Positions 1 to 12,818 of a stretch of DNA of 64,000 nt are shown here, one piece after another (positions within the stretch are counted from its first letter, which is position 1; each line of letters starts with the position of its first letter). The translations under genes were made by a program, and so were the position numbers. This stretch comes from Octopus vulgaris (lineage: Eukaryota). The notes under the pieces were generated by a model. It saw only the letters and a program-made list of their open reading frames with translations, made no database searches and was not told where the DNA came from. The stretch lies in assembly GCA_951406725.2 (NCBI GenBank), contig OX597837.1, forward strand, positions 36,394,001 to 36,458,000, written 5' to 3'.

Positions 1-212
1 ACTCAGCTGTAGAAAGGATTTGCGATGTTACAGGTGCCAAGCTGTATCGGCCCCTTTGCCTTTCCCTTAGATAAGATCAGTGGGAAAAGGAGGATGGTGT
101 GCATGGGAGACTGTTGGTCTTCCATAAACAACCTTGCCTGGACTTGTGTCTCGGAGGGGAACATTCTAAGTGCAATCCCATGGTCATTCATCACCGGAAG
201 GGGTTTTTGCCC
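1..212 (+). mobile_element. 3' part of a tRNA-headed SINE (group C, tail type 3), cut by window edge
   Basis: Aligns by eye to 54474-54680 (actcagctgtag...gtgccaagctgtatcg...ttccata...aaccttgcc...cccatggtca). Confidence 0.75.
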
Positions 213-338
213 TTTTATATAAGTGGCAACTAACCAGCGTGCATAAAAGTTGGTGGCGAATACAGTGAATAAAGTAAAATCAAATGAGGGTTTAGACAAG
301 GATCTGTTATGTCATCAGGTCCCTTCAATTACTATAGC

Positions 339-1712
339 ATGGACAAAGTGTCTAATGAGGAAGTAATGACTCGGGCTGCAGTAAATAGGAAATTGCTTTG
401 TGAAATAAGAGTCAAACAACTGAGATTTTTCTGGTCATGCGATGAAGAAAATGGACCTGGAGAATTTAGCAGCAATGACTGGGGAGACTGAAGGGGACAA
501 AAGCAGAGGAAGAAGACAGATGGTATGGATGTTAAGGCGGCGAGCTGGCAGAAACGTTAGCACACCGGGCGAAATGCTTAGCGGTATTTCGTCTGCCGCT
601 ACGTTGAGTTCAAATTCCGCCGGAGTCGACTTTGCCTTTCATCCTTTCAGGGTTGATTAAATAAGTGCCAGTTACGCACTGGGGTCGATATAATCGACTT
701 AATCCGTTTGTCTGTCCTTGTTTGTCCTCTCTGTGTTTAGCCCCTTGTGGGTAATAAAGAAATAGGTATTTCGTCTGCCGCTACGTTCTGAGTTCAAATT
801 CTGCCGGAGTCGACTTTGCCTTTCATCCTTTCGGGGTCGATTAAATAAGTACCAGTTACGCACTGGGGTCGATATAATCGACTTAATCCGTTTGTCTGTC
901 CTTGTTTGTCCTCTCTGTTTTTAGCCCCTTGTGGGTAGTAAAGAAATAGGTATGGATGTTAAGCTTGACGAACTGGTTGGACGAAGGAGAGATTAAATAT
1001 CAAGAGGTGGAACTGTTACAGAAAGCAAAGAAGAGAGAACTGAGACAGGACATGATTGCATATGTCCTACATTCTGAGGATATTGAGGATTGAATGGACA
1101 AGGTGTTTAATGAAGAAGTGGTGACCCAAGCTGCAGCAAATAGGGAACTGTTTTTTGAGAAAAGGGACAAACAACTGAGATTTCTTAGTTATGTGATGAG
1201 GAAAGAGGGCCCAGGGAATTTAGCAATGACTGGAAAGATTGATGGAGACAGAAGCAGAGGAAGGAGAGATATGATATGGGTGTCAAGCTTGGTGAACTGG
1301 TTGGAAGAAAGAGGCATTAAACATCAAGAAGTGGAATTGTTACACACAAGAAAGAACAGAGAATTGGGACAAGACATGATCACCTATGCCCTGCATTTTG
1401 AGGATAGAATGGACAGACAGTGTCTAATGAAATGGCCCAGGTTGCAGTAAATAGGAAACTGCTTTGTGAGATAAGGGCCAAGCAACTGAGATTTCTTGGT
1501 TATGTGGTGAGGTAAGAGGGCCCGGGGAATTTAACAATGACTGTAGGGATAAAAAAGGGGACAGAAGCAGAAAAGGGGCGCTTGGTTAACTGGTTGGAAG
1601 AAATAGGCATTAAATATCAGGAAATGGAATTGTTACAGAAAATAAATACAGAGAATTATGGTCCGACATAATTGCCAAAGTCCTACATTCTGGACAGGAC
1701 ATCTGAAAAAGA
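339..1712 (+). mobile_element. Three head-to-tail ~315-bp copies of an RTE-clade LINE 3' end (degenerate)
   Basis: Units start at 339, 1094 and 1409 with atggaca(a/g)..gtgt.taatga; ORF 1094-1450 reads MDKVFNEEV..RELF..KQLRFLSYVMRKEG..TGKIDGDRSRGR, typical of the RTE/BovB ORF C-terminus; last unit ends in a gaa-rich tail. Confidence 0.8.
536..948 (+). mobile_element. Group A SINE, dimeric, inserted in RTE unit 1 with 15-bp TSD
   Basis: Head ggcggcgagctggcagaaacgttagc; core gtcgactttgcctttcatcctttcggggtcgat..aagtaccag present twice; TSD ggtatggatgttaag at 522-536 and 949-963. Confidence 0.9.
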
Positions 1713-2135
1713 AGATCATAACTGGAAGAATAAAGTTTAATCAAGGAACTTTATCATAATCTAACATCTGAGTTTATAAGTTTCTAGTATTCAGTTACTC
1801 TGAATTATTATTACAAAGCTGGGATGTTATGTTTATTACGAACGCAATACAGTTGAGTGAGTATGTGTTGTTAGTTTATGTTGTAATAAACTTTAGAAAA
1901 TGTATAAATACTTTCCAATACTGTGTTCGATAAAACAGTGAGTCTTTTAAGAAAGATAATAGGTTTAAAGTATTTCAAAGTTCTAAAGATGCTGTGTTTA
2001 CAAGATAAGAATAATCCAAAGTGTCTGTAAGAGTCCGTTAGAGAATAGCATCTGTTAAGACTGGCAGAATTCGAGTGTCTCTCTTTCTCTCACTTTTTCT
2101 CTCTCTCTCTCTCTCTTTCTATAAATATATGTATG

Positions 2136-2226
<91 letters not shown>

Positions 2227-2526
2227 AGCAAGATGAAGAGAATCGCCATGACAGAGTGACACAAATTCGTGACGATGTGAGAAATGTCTTCATTCTGCGT
2301 TTCGTTATTCTTCATTGTTTTTATTTCTTAAATTTTGATTTATTTTATGTTCTCTTTGTCATTTGATGCTGCTTCTCCTTTGTACAAAGTGATTATATAT
2401 ACATATATACATTTATAGGAAGGTATGTATATAAATAAAATAAATATATATATATACGTATACACATATATGAATATTTATACATATATGTACGTATATA
2501 TGTTCCGCACACACGTTTATCTGTAT

Positions 2527-2571
<45 letters not shown>

Positions 2572-2764
2572 TGTGTGTGTGTTTGTGTGTGTGTCGGGAT
2601 GTACAGTACACTTCATCTGCACTCAGTTGTCATCTCCATCAAAGTCACGACATTTAAATATCAGATTTAATTTCAGTTCGCAGAAGATAATTATCAAGTA
2701 TTACTATTTAACACACACGTAGATATACTCACACACACACATACACGTATGTATATAACATATA

Positions 2765-2865
<101 letters not shown>

Positions 2866-2923
2866 GACATATGTTTACAGAGAGAGTGAGAAAAATAAAG
2901 AGAAAGTGAATAGACAGATATAA

Positions 2924-2986
<63 letters not shown>

Positions 2987-3297
2987 CAGATGATAGATAG
3001 ATAGATACATACATACATACATACATAATACAAACATGCATACAAACATACATACATACATACATACATACACACATGCGTACACAGATGCACAGATAGG
3101 TAAGCATTTGTGCGTGTGTGTGTGTGTGGATGTCTGTTTGTGCTCGCGTGTATACTCAGACATATGTATACATGCTGCTTGCATGCATGCATGTATGTAT
3201 GTGTTTGTATGCATATGTACGTATGTATGTATGTACGATGTATGTGTGTATCTATCTCTCTGTCTGTCTGTCTATTTATCTATCTATACATGCATGT

Positions 3298-4006
3298 ATA
3301 CAATGTGCATTCCAAAATTTCTTCAACTTTTTTCAGGAGAGACATTTTTTAATTTCAAACAAGTGCAAAACTCTAATCTCCTCGAAAGTAAGAACCTCCG
3401 ACTTCACTGCACCCCATGTAGCATTCCAGCCACTTCATGTAGCATTCCAGTCACTTCATGTAGCATTCCAGCCACTTCATGTAGCATCCCAGTCACTTCA
3501 TGTAGCATTCCAGTCACTTCATGTAGCATTCCAGTTACTTCATGTAGCATCCCAGTCACTCCATGTAGCATTCCATCCACATCATGTAGCATTCCAGCCA
3601 CTTCATGTAGCATTCCAGTCACTTCATGTAGCATTCCAGTCACTTCATGTAGCATTACAGCCACTTCATGTAGCATTCAAGCCACTTCATGAAGGCTCCA
3701 TGGCAGTACCCCAAACTGAAGGTGTCCATGATCCTTGTTACAACCTTCTCCATCTTCCCCTTCAGCTTAGAGAAACAACCAAAATCCATAGGGAGCAAGG
3801 TCTGGACTGTAGGGTATGGGGGTAAGGGAACTCATTTGATTCCCATTTCTGTAAAATAGTTGGTTCCAATATGGAACTGTGGACTTGTGTATTGTCCTTG
3901 TGCAGATGATACTCTGGCCACTAGCGGTAAGATTCCTTCCTGAAATCCCTCAACACTTCCACAAAGTACTCTTTGACCATCTGACCAGAGGGAATCCACT
4001 GGATAG
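3298..4006 (-). mobile_element. Mariner (Mos1-like) transposase 3' relic
   Basis: Minus strand gives WIPSGQMVKEYFVEVL, PYSPDLAPMDF and the C-terminal GAFMKWLECY..CSEVGGSYF motif; frameshifted. Confidence 0.8.
3415..3690. repeat. 21-bp minisatellite, 13 copies, inside the mariner relic
   Basis: Unit catgtagcattccagtcactt recurs every 21 nt from 3415 to 3667. Confidence 0.95.
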
Positions 4007-4179
4007 AAATGAGACTGAGAGAGACAGAGACAGAGACAGACAGGGAGAAAGAGAGAGAGAGAGAGTTACGTATATTATGTATATATGTGTGCATATGCGC
4101 GCGCATGTTTGTGTGTGTGTGTATAGACTTATTATCAAGCCTCTGTGTGTGTCTGTGTGCGTGTATGTGACTGTCTCTG

Positions 4180-4215
<36 letters not shown>

Positions 4216-4431
4216 ATATTGAAACTAGATTCAGAAAAATCTAGCGAAACTCACGGTAAGCAGTCCCCACTAGCAACTGGCTATCAGGTCACAAAACAAT
4301 TTATCTCGACGATGCAACTGAAAATCCAGAATCGACCAACGGTGACGTCTCCATTGTAGAGTATATAAGAAACAAAAACACACGTGTGAGCGTCAGAATT
4401 TTGGGAAAAAAAAACTTTAATTTCTTCATTA

Positions 4432-4471
4432 TTGTTAGCGCTTTCGTTCCTTTCTTGAACTTGTCAAATAA
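4432..4471 (-). ncRNA. Minimal type-I hammerhead motif, U3-A8 core
   Basis: Minus strand: ttat-TTGACAA-gttc aagaaag gaac-GAAA-gcgc-TA-acaa. Confidence 0.55.
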
Positions 4472-4631
4472 AATTTTGTAAATGTATAAACAGCTTGTTC
4501 AATTATATAAAACGTGTTTTGTGGGTTTTGTTTAGAAGAGAACAAAAGCAAAAACAATGTGCTCTTCTAAACAAACACCTGAAAAACATGTTTTATATAA
4601 ATGAACAAGCTGTTTGTACATTCACAAAATT

Positions 4632-4671
4632 TTATTTGACAAGTTCGAGAAAAGGACGAAAGCGCTAATAA
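4632..4671 (+). ncRNA. Minimal type-I hammerhead motif, U3-A8 core
   Basis: ttat-TTGACAA-gttc gagaaaa ggac-GAAA-gcgc-TA-ataa; stems I and II pair, stem III is palindromic. Confidence 0.6.
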
Positions 4672-4781
4672 TAATAATAATAATAATGAAGAAATAAAAA
4701 GATTTTTTTCCAAAATTCTGGCGAATTTTTCTCTCAATATTCAATTTCTGTACACCATACCTAACCCTCTATACATATACA

Positions 4782-4839
<58 letters not shown>

Positions 4840-4909
4840 ATCTCTTGAGCACCACCAGCAAAAATATTTTTTCCTCTGTCTTCCCTTCTTGGGATCTTTC
4901 CTTCTCCTT

Positions 4910-4944
4910 GTTTCCGACGAAGAGCTCCGCTCGAAACGTTAAAC
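4910..4944 (+). ncRNA. Minimal hammerhead-like motif (U4C) in a ~210-bp insert (4838-5048) between (CA)n and (TA)n
   Basis: gttt-CCGACGA-a-gagc tcc gctc-GAAA-cg-TT-aaac. Confidence 0.5.
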
Positions 4945-5043
4945 CCTCCTTCCCTTCTTTCCTGAGCGTCAAATAATACATTAATTGTTCCACGTCCTCG
5001 CGTTGCTGTGGGTTTTTTTTTCTGTGTTTTCTTGTTTGGATTA

Positions 5044-5094
<51 letters not shown>

Positions 5095-5426
5095 GAAATA
5101 TGTAACGAAAAGAAAATATAAAATACACGTGGAAATGTAAGGGTAAAATATGAAAAATCAACGAAAATGCATATTGCAAATAGAAAAAGGCTATTTATGA
5201 CAGGTAACGACAAATATATACATTTAGATTGACTGAGGTAGTAATACGAGTCATAAAGGTCATTATTATGAGATGATTATAAGATGATAATAAAGTAAGA
5301 GAACAAAACGAACCAATAGTTTACGCAAAGCTATTCATCGTTTGATGTACATATATAAAAGAGGTGAGGAACGAAATCCTTTAAAGGGATGTCAAATATC
5401 CAAGTCCGCCTAATATAGATATATGC

Positions 5427-5615
5427 ATTTCCCAACCACAGGGATCCAGGTTCAGTCACACTGCGTGGCACCCTGGGCAAGTATCTAAGTGACTTCTGCT
5501 ATAGCCTTGGGCCGACCAAAGCCTTGTCAGTGGATTTGGTAGATGGAAACTGAAAGAAGCCTGTCCTGCATGTTTGTGTGTGCATGTTTCCCTACCACCA
5601 TTTGACAATCACTGT
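5427..5615 (+). mobile_element. Group B SINE, partial
   Basis: cccaaccac..ggttcagtc.cactgcgtggcacc.tgggcaagt..gccgaccaaagccttgt.agtggatttggtaga. Confidence 0.8.
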
Positions 5616-5635
5616 GATGGTGGCGATGGTGGTAA

Positions 5636-6203
5636 TTGTAGTAGTAGTAGTGGTGGTGGTGGTGGTGGTGGCGGTTGTGGTAGTGGTGGTGGTGGTGGTG
5701 GTGGTGGTGGTGGTGGTTGTGGTGGTGGTGGTGGTGGTGGTGGTTGTGGTGGTTGTGGTGGTGGTGGTTGTGGTGGTGGTGGTGGTGGTGGTGGTGGTTG
5801 TGGTGGTGGTGGTGGTGGTGGTGGTGGTGGTGGTGGTGGTCGTGGTGGTCGTGGTGGTCGTGGTGGTCGTGGTGGTCGTGGTGGTAGTGGTGGTGGTGGT
5901 GGTGGTGGTGATGGTGGTGGTGGTGGTGGTGGTGGTGGTGGTGGTGGTGGTGGTGGTGGTGGTGGTGGTGGTGGTGGTGGCAGCGCAATTGCTTTGTGGG
6001 AGAAAGTCATCGGCGGCGAAGGTAGCGGCAGCGAAGATGGTGGCGGCGAAGGTGGCCTTGGCGGCAAAAGCGGCGGTGGAGGCAATGGAAATGCAGGTGG
6101 CGGTAGTGATGGGTGCGGAGGTGGAGGAAATGATGGTGGTGCTGAAGGTGGTGGAGGTGGTGGCGGTGGTGGTGGTGGTGGTGGTGGTGGTGGTGGTGTG
6201 GTG
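5636..6203. repeat. (GGT)n compound microsatellite
   Basis: Seen directly; source of the poly-G/V/H/P pseudo-ORFs. Confidence 0.95.
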
Positions 6204-6502
6204 ATTTAATTGCTTATTGATTTCTTATATTCTAACTCGCAATTATAAACTCCGAACTGCCTCAGCTCCCCTCACTTGCTCCGCACCTTCAGAAACTAGC
6301 ACACGCACAAAACACATACGTACAAATATGGGTACACGGGTATAGATATATGTGGGTACGTATGAATATACTGACAGTCAGACAGACAGACAGACAGACA
6401 GAGCAGATATTGCATGCATACATATATGTGTATGTGTATACACAGACATATATATACACATACACACACACTCACATAAATATATAACATAATATAATAT
6501 AT

Positions 6503-6543
<41 letters not shown>

Positions 6544-6589
6544 ATAATATATAAATATATGCATATATACATACATATACGTACATACC

Positions 6590-6670
<81 letters not shown>

Positions 6671-6821
6671 TTATGGGTACAGGACATCAAAAAAACGTGA
6701 ACAAAATGAGAAAGGAGAACATACAAAACAAAAACAAACAAAACGAACTTTTTTTTCGAACTACGAATGAAACAAATAGAGAAACGAGACAGGCAACATA
6801 AAGAACATTCCCTTCATCTAT

Positions 6822-6869
<48 letters not shown>

Positions 6870-6871
<2 letters not shown>

Positions 6872-7053
6872 AGGGGTGCTGAAAAGTTCCAGGCTTTGGG
6901 CAAAAGAAAATAGAGGAGGATCAGTCAGTTGTGATTTTATCCAACATATAATTCAAATTATCTAAGCCCTGTAAAAGTACTGGGAAGGGTGGATCCCCAA
7001 CCAGGCCTTTCTCGTCACCTTTAAAGCCAATTGCTTTCAAGCTCCCACCTAGT
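6870..7053. mobile_element. Mariner-type MITE, degenerate
   Basis: TIR gaggggtgctgaaaagttccaggcttt versus degenerate aaagcc...tttcaagctcccacct; another end of the same family lies inverted at 19355-19434. Confidence 0.6.
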
Positions 7054-7192
7054 GTGTGTATATATATGTGTTTGTGTGTGTATGTGTGTGTGTGTGTGTC
7101 GTTAGAAAAATACATGAGAAAGATGACATCTACAGGCCATTTATGCGGAGTCTGCAAATCCAGTATCCAAGATACACTTTCAGCTTCATACC

Positions 7193-7258
<66 letters not shown>

Positions 7259-7263
7259 AAAAT

Positions 7264-7662
7264 GCGGTGAGCTGGCATAATCGTTAGAGCGCCGGGCGAA
7301 ATGCTTAGCGGTATTTCGTCTGCCGTTACGTTCTGAGTTCAAATTCCGCCGAGGTCGACTTTGCCTTTCATCCTTTCGAGGTCGATTAAATAAGTATCAG
7401 TTACATACTGGGGTCGATGTAATCGACTTAATCCGTTCGTCTGTCCTTGTTTGTCATCTCTATCTTTAGCCCCTTGTGGGTAATAAAGAAACAGGTATTT
7501 CGTCTGTCGGTACGTTCTGAGTTCCAATTCCGCCGAGGTCGACTTTGCTTTTCCTCCTTTCGGGGTCGATTAAATAAGTACCAGTTGCGTACTACAGTCG
7601 ATCTAATCGACTGCCATCCTCTCCCCAAATTTCAGGTCTTGTACCTTGAGTAGAGAGGATTA
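7264..7662 (+). mobile_element. Group A SINE dimer with two different tails
   Basis: Same head, core and dimer junction as 536-948; second unit ends ccccaaatttcagg..ttgt.cc..agtaga.aggattatt. Confidence 0.85.
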
Positions 7663-7900
7663 TTATTGGAGCAACAGGATACATAACGACCAGTCTGGAG
7701 CAAAGTATGTCTGAACTTGGGATCTTCGGGAGAGAAATCAAATCCTTAATTGATAAGCTACAAATGATGACGATATCTGGAACTATAAAGATCTGCAAGA
7801 CTTCCCTAAGTTTTATACGATGATGAACAGGATAAGATGCTTTCCTTCACAACCGTGCTACCAAGTAGGAAACCGGCCAAAATTTACATTATGATGAAAC
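7659..7900 (+). mobile_element. R4/Dong-like LINE 3' end
   Basis: Reads IIIGATGYITTSL...KLQMMTISGTIKICKTSL, stop at 7821-7823; matches the RLE-LINE C-terminal pattern (PIIIGA.G...Q....GT..I). Confidence 0.65.
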
Positions 7901-8383
7901 GAGAAAGGGAGGACATACATACATCAATACATATATAAAAAGACATACATCAATACATACGTATATTCATTGTACTATGTATGTACGTACGTACATAAAA
8001 ACACACACACAAACACACACATACACGCACACACACATACTACATCCACTCCACCTCTACATTACACCATTTCCACCACCTTATGCACTTACACGCAGAC
8101 ACACACACATACACATATACACACACAACATACCTACACATTCGGAAACACACATATATATAAGCATACATACATTTACATGTGCAAACATACACACACA
8201 CACCTGACGTCAATCACTTCCTCCTTCTTCGATTTCACCAAATAGGAGTGCATCCTTCGTTCGATTACGATATTATTGCTATGTATTTACGTAAAGGAAT
8301 CTACAGCGATTGTGTGTGATATCTGTATGATGTATATATGTATGTATGTATGTATGTACGTGTTTTATATGTATGTATGTAGC

Positions 8384-8455
<72 letters not shown>

Positions 8456-8523
8456 CATATATATGTATGTATGTATATATATATATATGTATGTATATAT
8501 ATATATGTATGTATATATATATG

Positions 8524-8569
<46 letters not shown>

Positions 8570-9157
8570 GGAATCGATTAGTGTATATGTCTGTATGTAT
8601 TTGTATAGATGTGTATGCCACTGTGTGTATATGTATTTGTGTGTGTGTGTGCGTGTGTGTGTGTATGTGTGTCTGTATGTGGATATGTACATATAATCAT
8701 ATATGTATGCTTCTGTGTGTCTGTTTCTATATAATTAAGAGACAGTGAGAGGGTTAGTGAGAGGGCAATGGCAATCAGAGAGAAGGGAAGAATGAGGGAG
8801 AGAGAGAGTAGGGGGAAAGAGAGGGTGAGAAAGGGAAATAGAGAGAGTGTGTGAGAGAGAGAGTGGTTGTAGAAAGAACGGGTGTTCGAGGTAGACAGGC
8901 AAATAGTTCAGTTGTGGGATAGAGAGGCAGTGGGGAGAGAGAGAGGGGGACTTGGAGAGAGAGAAAGAGAGAGAGAAAGAAATGACGAAAAGTAAGCAAA
9001 CAGAGAAAAGACGAGAGTGAGAGAGAGACAGAGACAGAGAGAGGAATAGAGAGAGAAGAGCGAGAAGGACAGATTGATAGATTTACAGACAACGGGAGAG
9101 ACAAAGAAAAGCTAGTTAAGATACCAGGGTAACGTAACGCCATTAGTACGAGAAGTT

Positions 9158-9546
9158 GTGGAGGCGCAATGGCCCAGTGGTTAAGGCAGCGGACTCGCGG
9201 TCATAGGATCGCGGTTTCGATTCCCAGACCGGGCGTTGTGAGTGTTTATTGAGCGAAAACACCTAAAAGCTTCACGAGGCTCCGGCAGGGGATGGTGGTG
9301 ATTCCTGCTGTACTCTTTCAAAACAATTTTCTCTCACTCTTACTTCCTGTTTCTGTTGTACCTGTATTTCAAAGGGCCGGCCTTGTCACTCTCTGTGTCA
9401 CGCTGAATATCCCCGAGAACTACGTTAAGGGTACAAGTGTCTGTGGAGTGCTCAGCCACTTACACGTTAATTTCACGAGCAGGCTGTTCCGTTGATTCGG
9501 ATCAACCGGAACCCTCGTCGTCGTAACCGACGGAGTGCTTCAACTA
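9158..9546 (+). mobile_element. Full-length tRNA-headed SINE (group C, tail type 1) with 13-bp TSD
   Basis: A box tggcccagtgg, B-box-like gtttcgattccc; TSD agtacgagaagtt (9145-9157) / agtacgaaaagtt (9547-9559). Confidence 0.9.
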
Positions 9547-9732
9547 AGTACGAAAAGTTAGGAAAAGTAAAGGAGAGCGGGGGTGAGATAAAAAAAGATA
9601 AAATAAAATAAATCATGATAAAATATTATAAAAAGGGAGCATATCATAAGAAGTTGTGAGGGGTTTAATTTTCTGTTAATAATTTTATGGAGACAGAAGT
9701 TTTAAATGGTCGTGGGTGTAAAAGTTATAAGG

Positions 9733-10292
9733 CAGAGGTTCTCAAATGTTTTGGGTCACAGCCCCCTTCATGGCCACATAATTCCCTCGGCGCTCCCACC
9801 CTATTTTTATGTATAAATAAATATTTTGTTTTACTAATTTATGTATATTATGAATCATTTGATATTTAATATGATATAATGTGTATGATTGTTCCTTCTC
9901 AAGCCATGCCGGTTTCCTTGGCGTATAAGTTCCCCACCTGGACGGGACCCCGGTCCGTCGCAGGTGAGCTGCAAGATGCAGGAGGAAAGAGTGAGAGAAA
10001 GTTGTGGTGAAAGAGTCAGCAGAGGTTCGCCATTACCTTCTGCCGGAGCCGCGTGAAGCTTAGGTGTTTCGCTCATAAACATACACATCGCCCGGTCTGA
10101 GATTCGAACTCGCGTTCCCTATAATTTGTGTACAATACTATAATAATATTATAATAAATTCATAGTGTCCCCCACTCCACTGCCTTCCTCCCAGCGCCTC
10201 CTTTTTCTCTACCGCCCCCTTAAGCACCAGCGCCCACCTGGACCGTCTCAACACCCACCGGGGGGCGGTTGCGCCCACTTTGAGAACCCATG
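9733..10292. mobile_element. Non-autonomous hAT element with nested SINE
   Basis: TIRs cagaggttctcaaa / tttgagaacccatg; 8-bp TSD ttataagg / ttataaag. Confidence 0.75.
9888..10120 (-). mobile_element. Group C SINE (tail type 2), 5'-truncated
   Basis: Matches 32620-32890; B box gttcgaatctc on the minus strand. Confidence 0.8.
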
Positions 10293-10309
10293 TTATAAAG
10301 GATATATAT

Positions 10310-10484
10310 ATTTCTTTACTACCCACAAGGGGCTAAACACAGAGGGGACAAACAAGGACAGACAAACGGATTAAGTCGATTGCATCGACCCCAGTGCGTA
10401 ACTGGTACTTAATTTATCGACCCCGAAAGGATGAAAGGCTAAGTCGACCTCGGCGGAATTTGAACCGAGGTCGACTTTGCCTTT
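10310..10484 (-). mobile_element. Group A SINE, 5'-truncated with terminal inversion
   Basis: Reverse complement of the 536-948 tail and core; ends in a 20-bp snap-back. Confidence 0.85.
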
Positions 10485-10996
10485 AGACAGCCAGACAAAC
10501 AGAATGGTTTGAAAAGGGAGGTAGACTGACAGAGAGAGAAGAAGGAAGAGTTAGACTGATAGAGAGGCAGAGAGGAAAGAAGGGAGGAAGGGAGGGGGAG
10601 AGAAACAGACTGAGAGAGAGAAAGGCAGCAGATCGACAGATGCAGAGAGAGACACGTAAAGAGAGACAAGACAAATAGGATAGAGAAGGGAAGGAGAGAG
10701 ACAGACAAAAAGACAGACAGAGAGAGAGAGAGGAGAGGGAGAGAGGGGTAGAAAGACAAGACAAATAAGATAAAGGGAGGGAAGGAGAGAGAGAGAGAGA
10801 CTGACAGAAGACAGACAGGCAGGCAGACAGAGATGGGGGGAGAGAGAGAGAGAGAGAAGTAGAAAGACAAGAAATATAAGATAGAGAAGGGAGGGAGAGA
10901 GACAAGAAATATAAGATAGAGAAAGGAGGAGGAGAGAGAGAGAGAGAGTGAGAAAAAGAGGCAGACAGACAGACAAAAGGACAGACAGATAGAGAC

Positions 10997-11036
<40 letters not shown>

Positions 11037-11579
11037 GGAGAGACAAGAAATATAAGATAGAGAAGAGAGGGAGAGAGAGAGACAGAGAGAGTGAGAGAAA
11101 GAGACTGACAGACAGACAGAAACAGGGAGAGAGAGAGAGGTGGAGAGACAAGAAAGATAGAGAAGAGGGAGAGAGGGGGAGAAGTGAGCACAAAGAAAGA
11201 GAGAAGAAAACATGGTTTCTGGAAAGAATTGGTTGAGAGGAGAGACAAAGTGTTTTACGGTGTTGATTTTTTTTATTTATGTTCTTGATTCAAATCCAAA
11301 AAAGGTAGACTCTTCTACTTTTTATCCTTCCGGGCAAACAATAAAAATACTGGACCGACCAAATACGGATGTTGATTTTAATCGACTACTACCAATGTTA
11401 AAAATTATCATTATTATTATTATTATTATTATTATTTTTATCATTATTACTAGTATACCCGTGTCGTCAAAAATAATGACCGATTTCTTTATCTTAGAGA
11501 ATGACAATGAAAACTATGCGGGGAAAACCATTGAGGAATTATTTACTTGAAGACTATACGTCATATTAAACAGCAAAAT

Positions 11580-11965
11580 ATTGGTTTCAAATTCTGGCAT
11601 TGGGGGAAGTGGGTAATCGATTACATCAACCCTAATGCTCAACTGGTACTTGTTTTATCGACCCCGAAAGGATGAAAGGCAAAGACAACCTTGGTGGAAT
11701 GCGAGCTCAGAACGTAAAGCCGAAAGAAATGCTGTTAGCCATTTTTTCCGGCGCGGTGACGACTCTTCCAGCTCGTTAATGGTGTCAAATTTTGGTACAA
11801 GCCCAGTAATTTCGGTGGGTGGGAGTTGGCGGGGTTAGTCGATTAAATCGACCCCAGTGTTTAACTCATACTTATTTTATCGAGCTCGGAAAGAAAAAAA
11901 AAAACAATGAAAGGCGATGTGGATCGCGGTGGAATTTGAACTCGTAACGTGAAATCGGACGAAAC
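11580..11965 (-). mobile_element. Two degenerate group A SINEs in tandem
   Basis: ctggtactt.ttttatcgaccccgaaaggatgaaaggcaaag pattern seen twice, second copy degenerate. Confidence 0.7.
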
Positions 11966-12059
11966 TCCGCTCGGCCTTCACCTTCCCTTTTCAATCTCTC
12001 ATCGACTTAGCGATTTGGTTAATCGAAGCGCCAAATTTCACGTTGGCTATGATGCTCCC

Positions 12060-12617
<558 letters not shown>

Positions 12618-12619
<2 letters not shown>

Positions 12620-12818
12620 CGGCGAGCTGGCAAGATTGTTATCACGCTGGACAAAGTGCCCCTCGCTACGTTCTGAGTTCAAATATTTTCCGAGATTGAC
12701 TTTGTCTTTCATCCTTCGGAATCGATAAATTTAGTACCAGTGAAACATTAGGTCGATGTAATTGACTAAGACCCCTTCCGCCAAATTTCAGGCCTTGCGC
12801 TTTAGTAGAAAGGATTAT
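12618..12818 (+). mobile_element. Group A SINE
   Basis: ggcggcgagctggca head, core, and tail ending agtagaaaggattatt. Confidence 0.8.

Larger units (their letters stand above)
4391..4723. repeat. Imperfect fold-back inverted repeat, ~155-165-bp arms, probable Penelope-like terminal fragment
   Basis: cgtcagaattttgg...gtttagaagagaaca / tgtgctcttctaaac...ccaaaattctggcg; loop about 4545-4557. Confidence 0.9.

Noticed and set aside
2295-2320. Minus-strand atgaagaataacgaaacgc as a hammerhead
   Set aside because: No stem I or II pairing and no UH site; other CTGATGA hits at 20893, 33229 and 43201 also lack the fold
3415-3690. CRISPR-like regular repeat
   Set aside because: Units are contiguous with no unique spacers, and the context is a eukaryotic transposon
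5574-6209. Gly-rich 211-aa ORF resembling a structural protein
   Set aside because: Starts inside a SINE and is a (GGT)n tract with a decayed end; open in several frames
9158-9232. tRNA-like sequence
   Set aside because: SINE head: continues into a repeated body with a TSD and lacks a proper acceptor stem
10490-11210. Long L/S-rich ORFs and a recurring agacaagaaatataagatagaga motif
   Set aside because: Purine-rich compound repeat produced by slippage; no coding evidence
11448-11465. actagtatacccgtg, and ttttaacactag near 40180, as Helentron ends
   Set aside because: No matching opposite terminus could be identified
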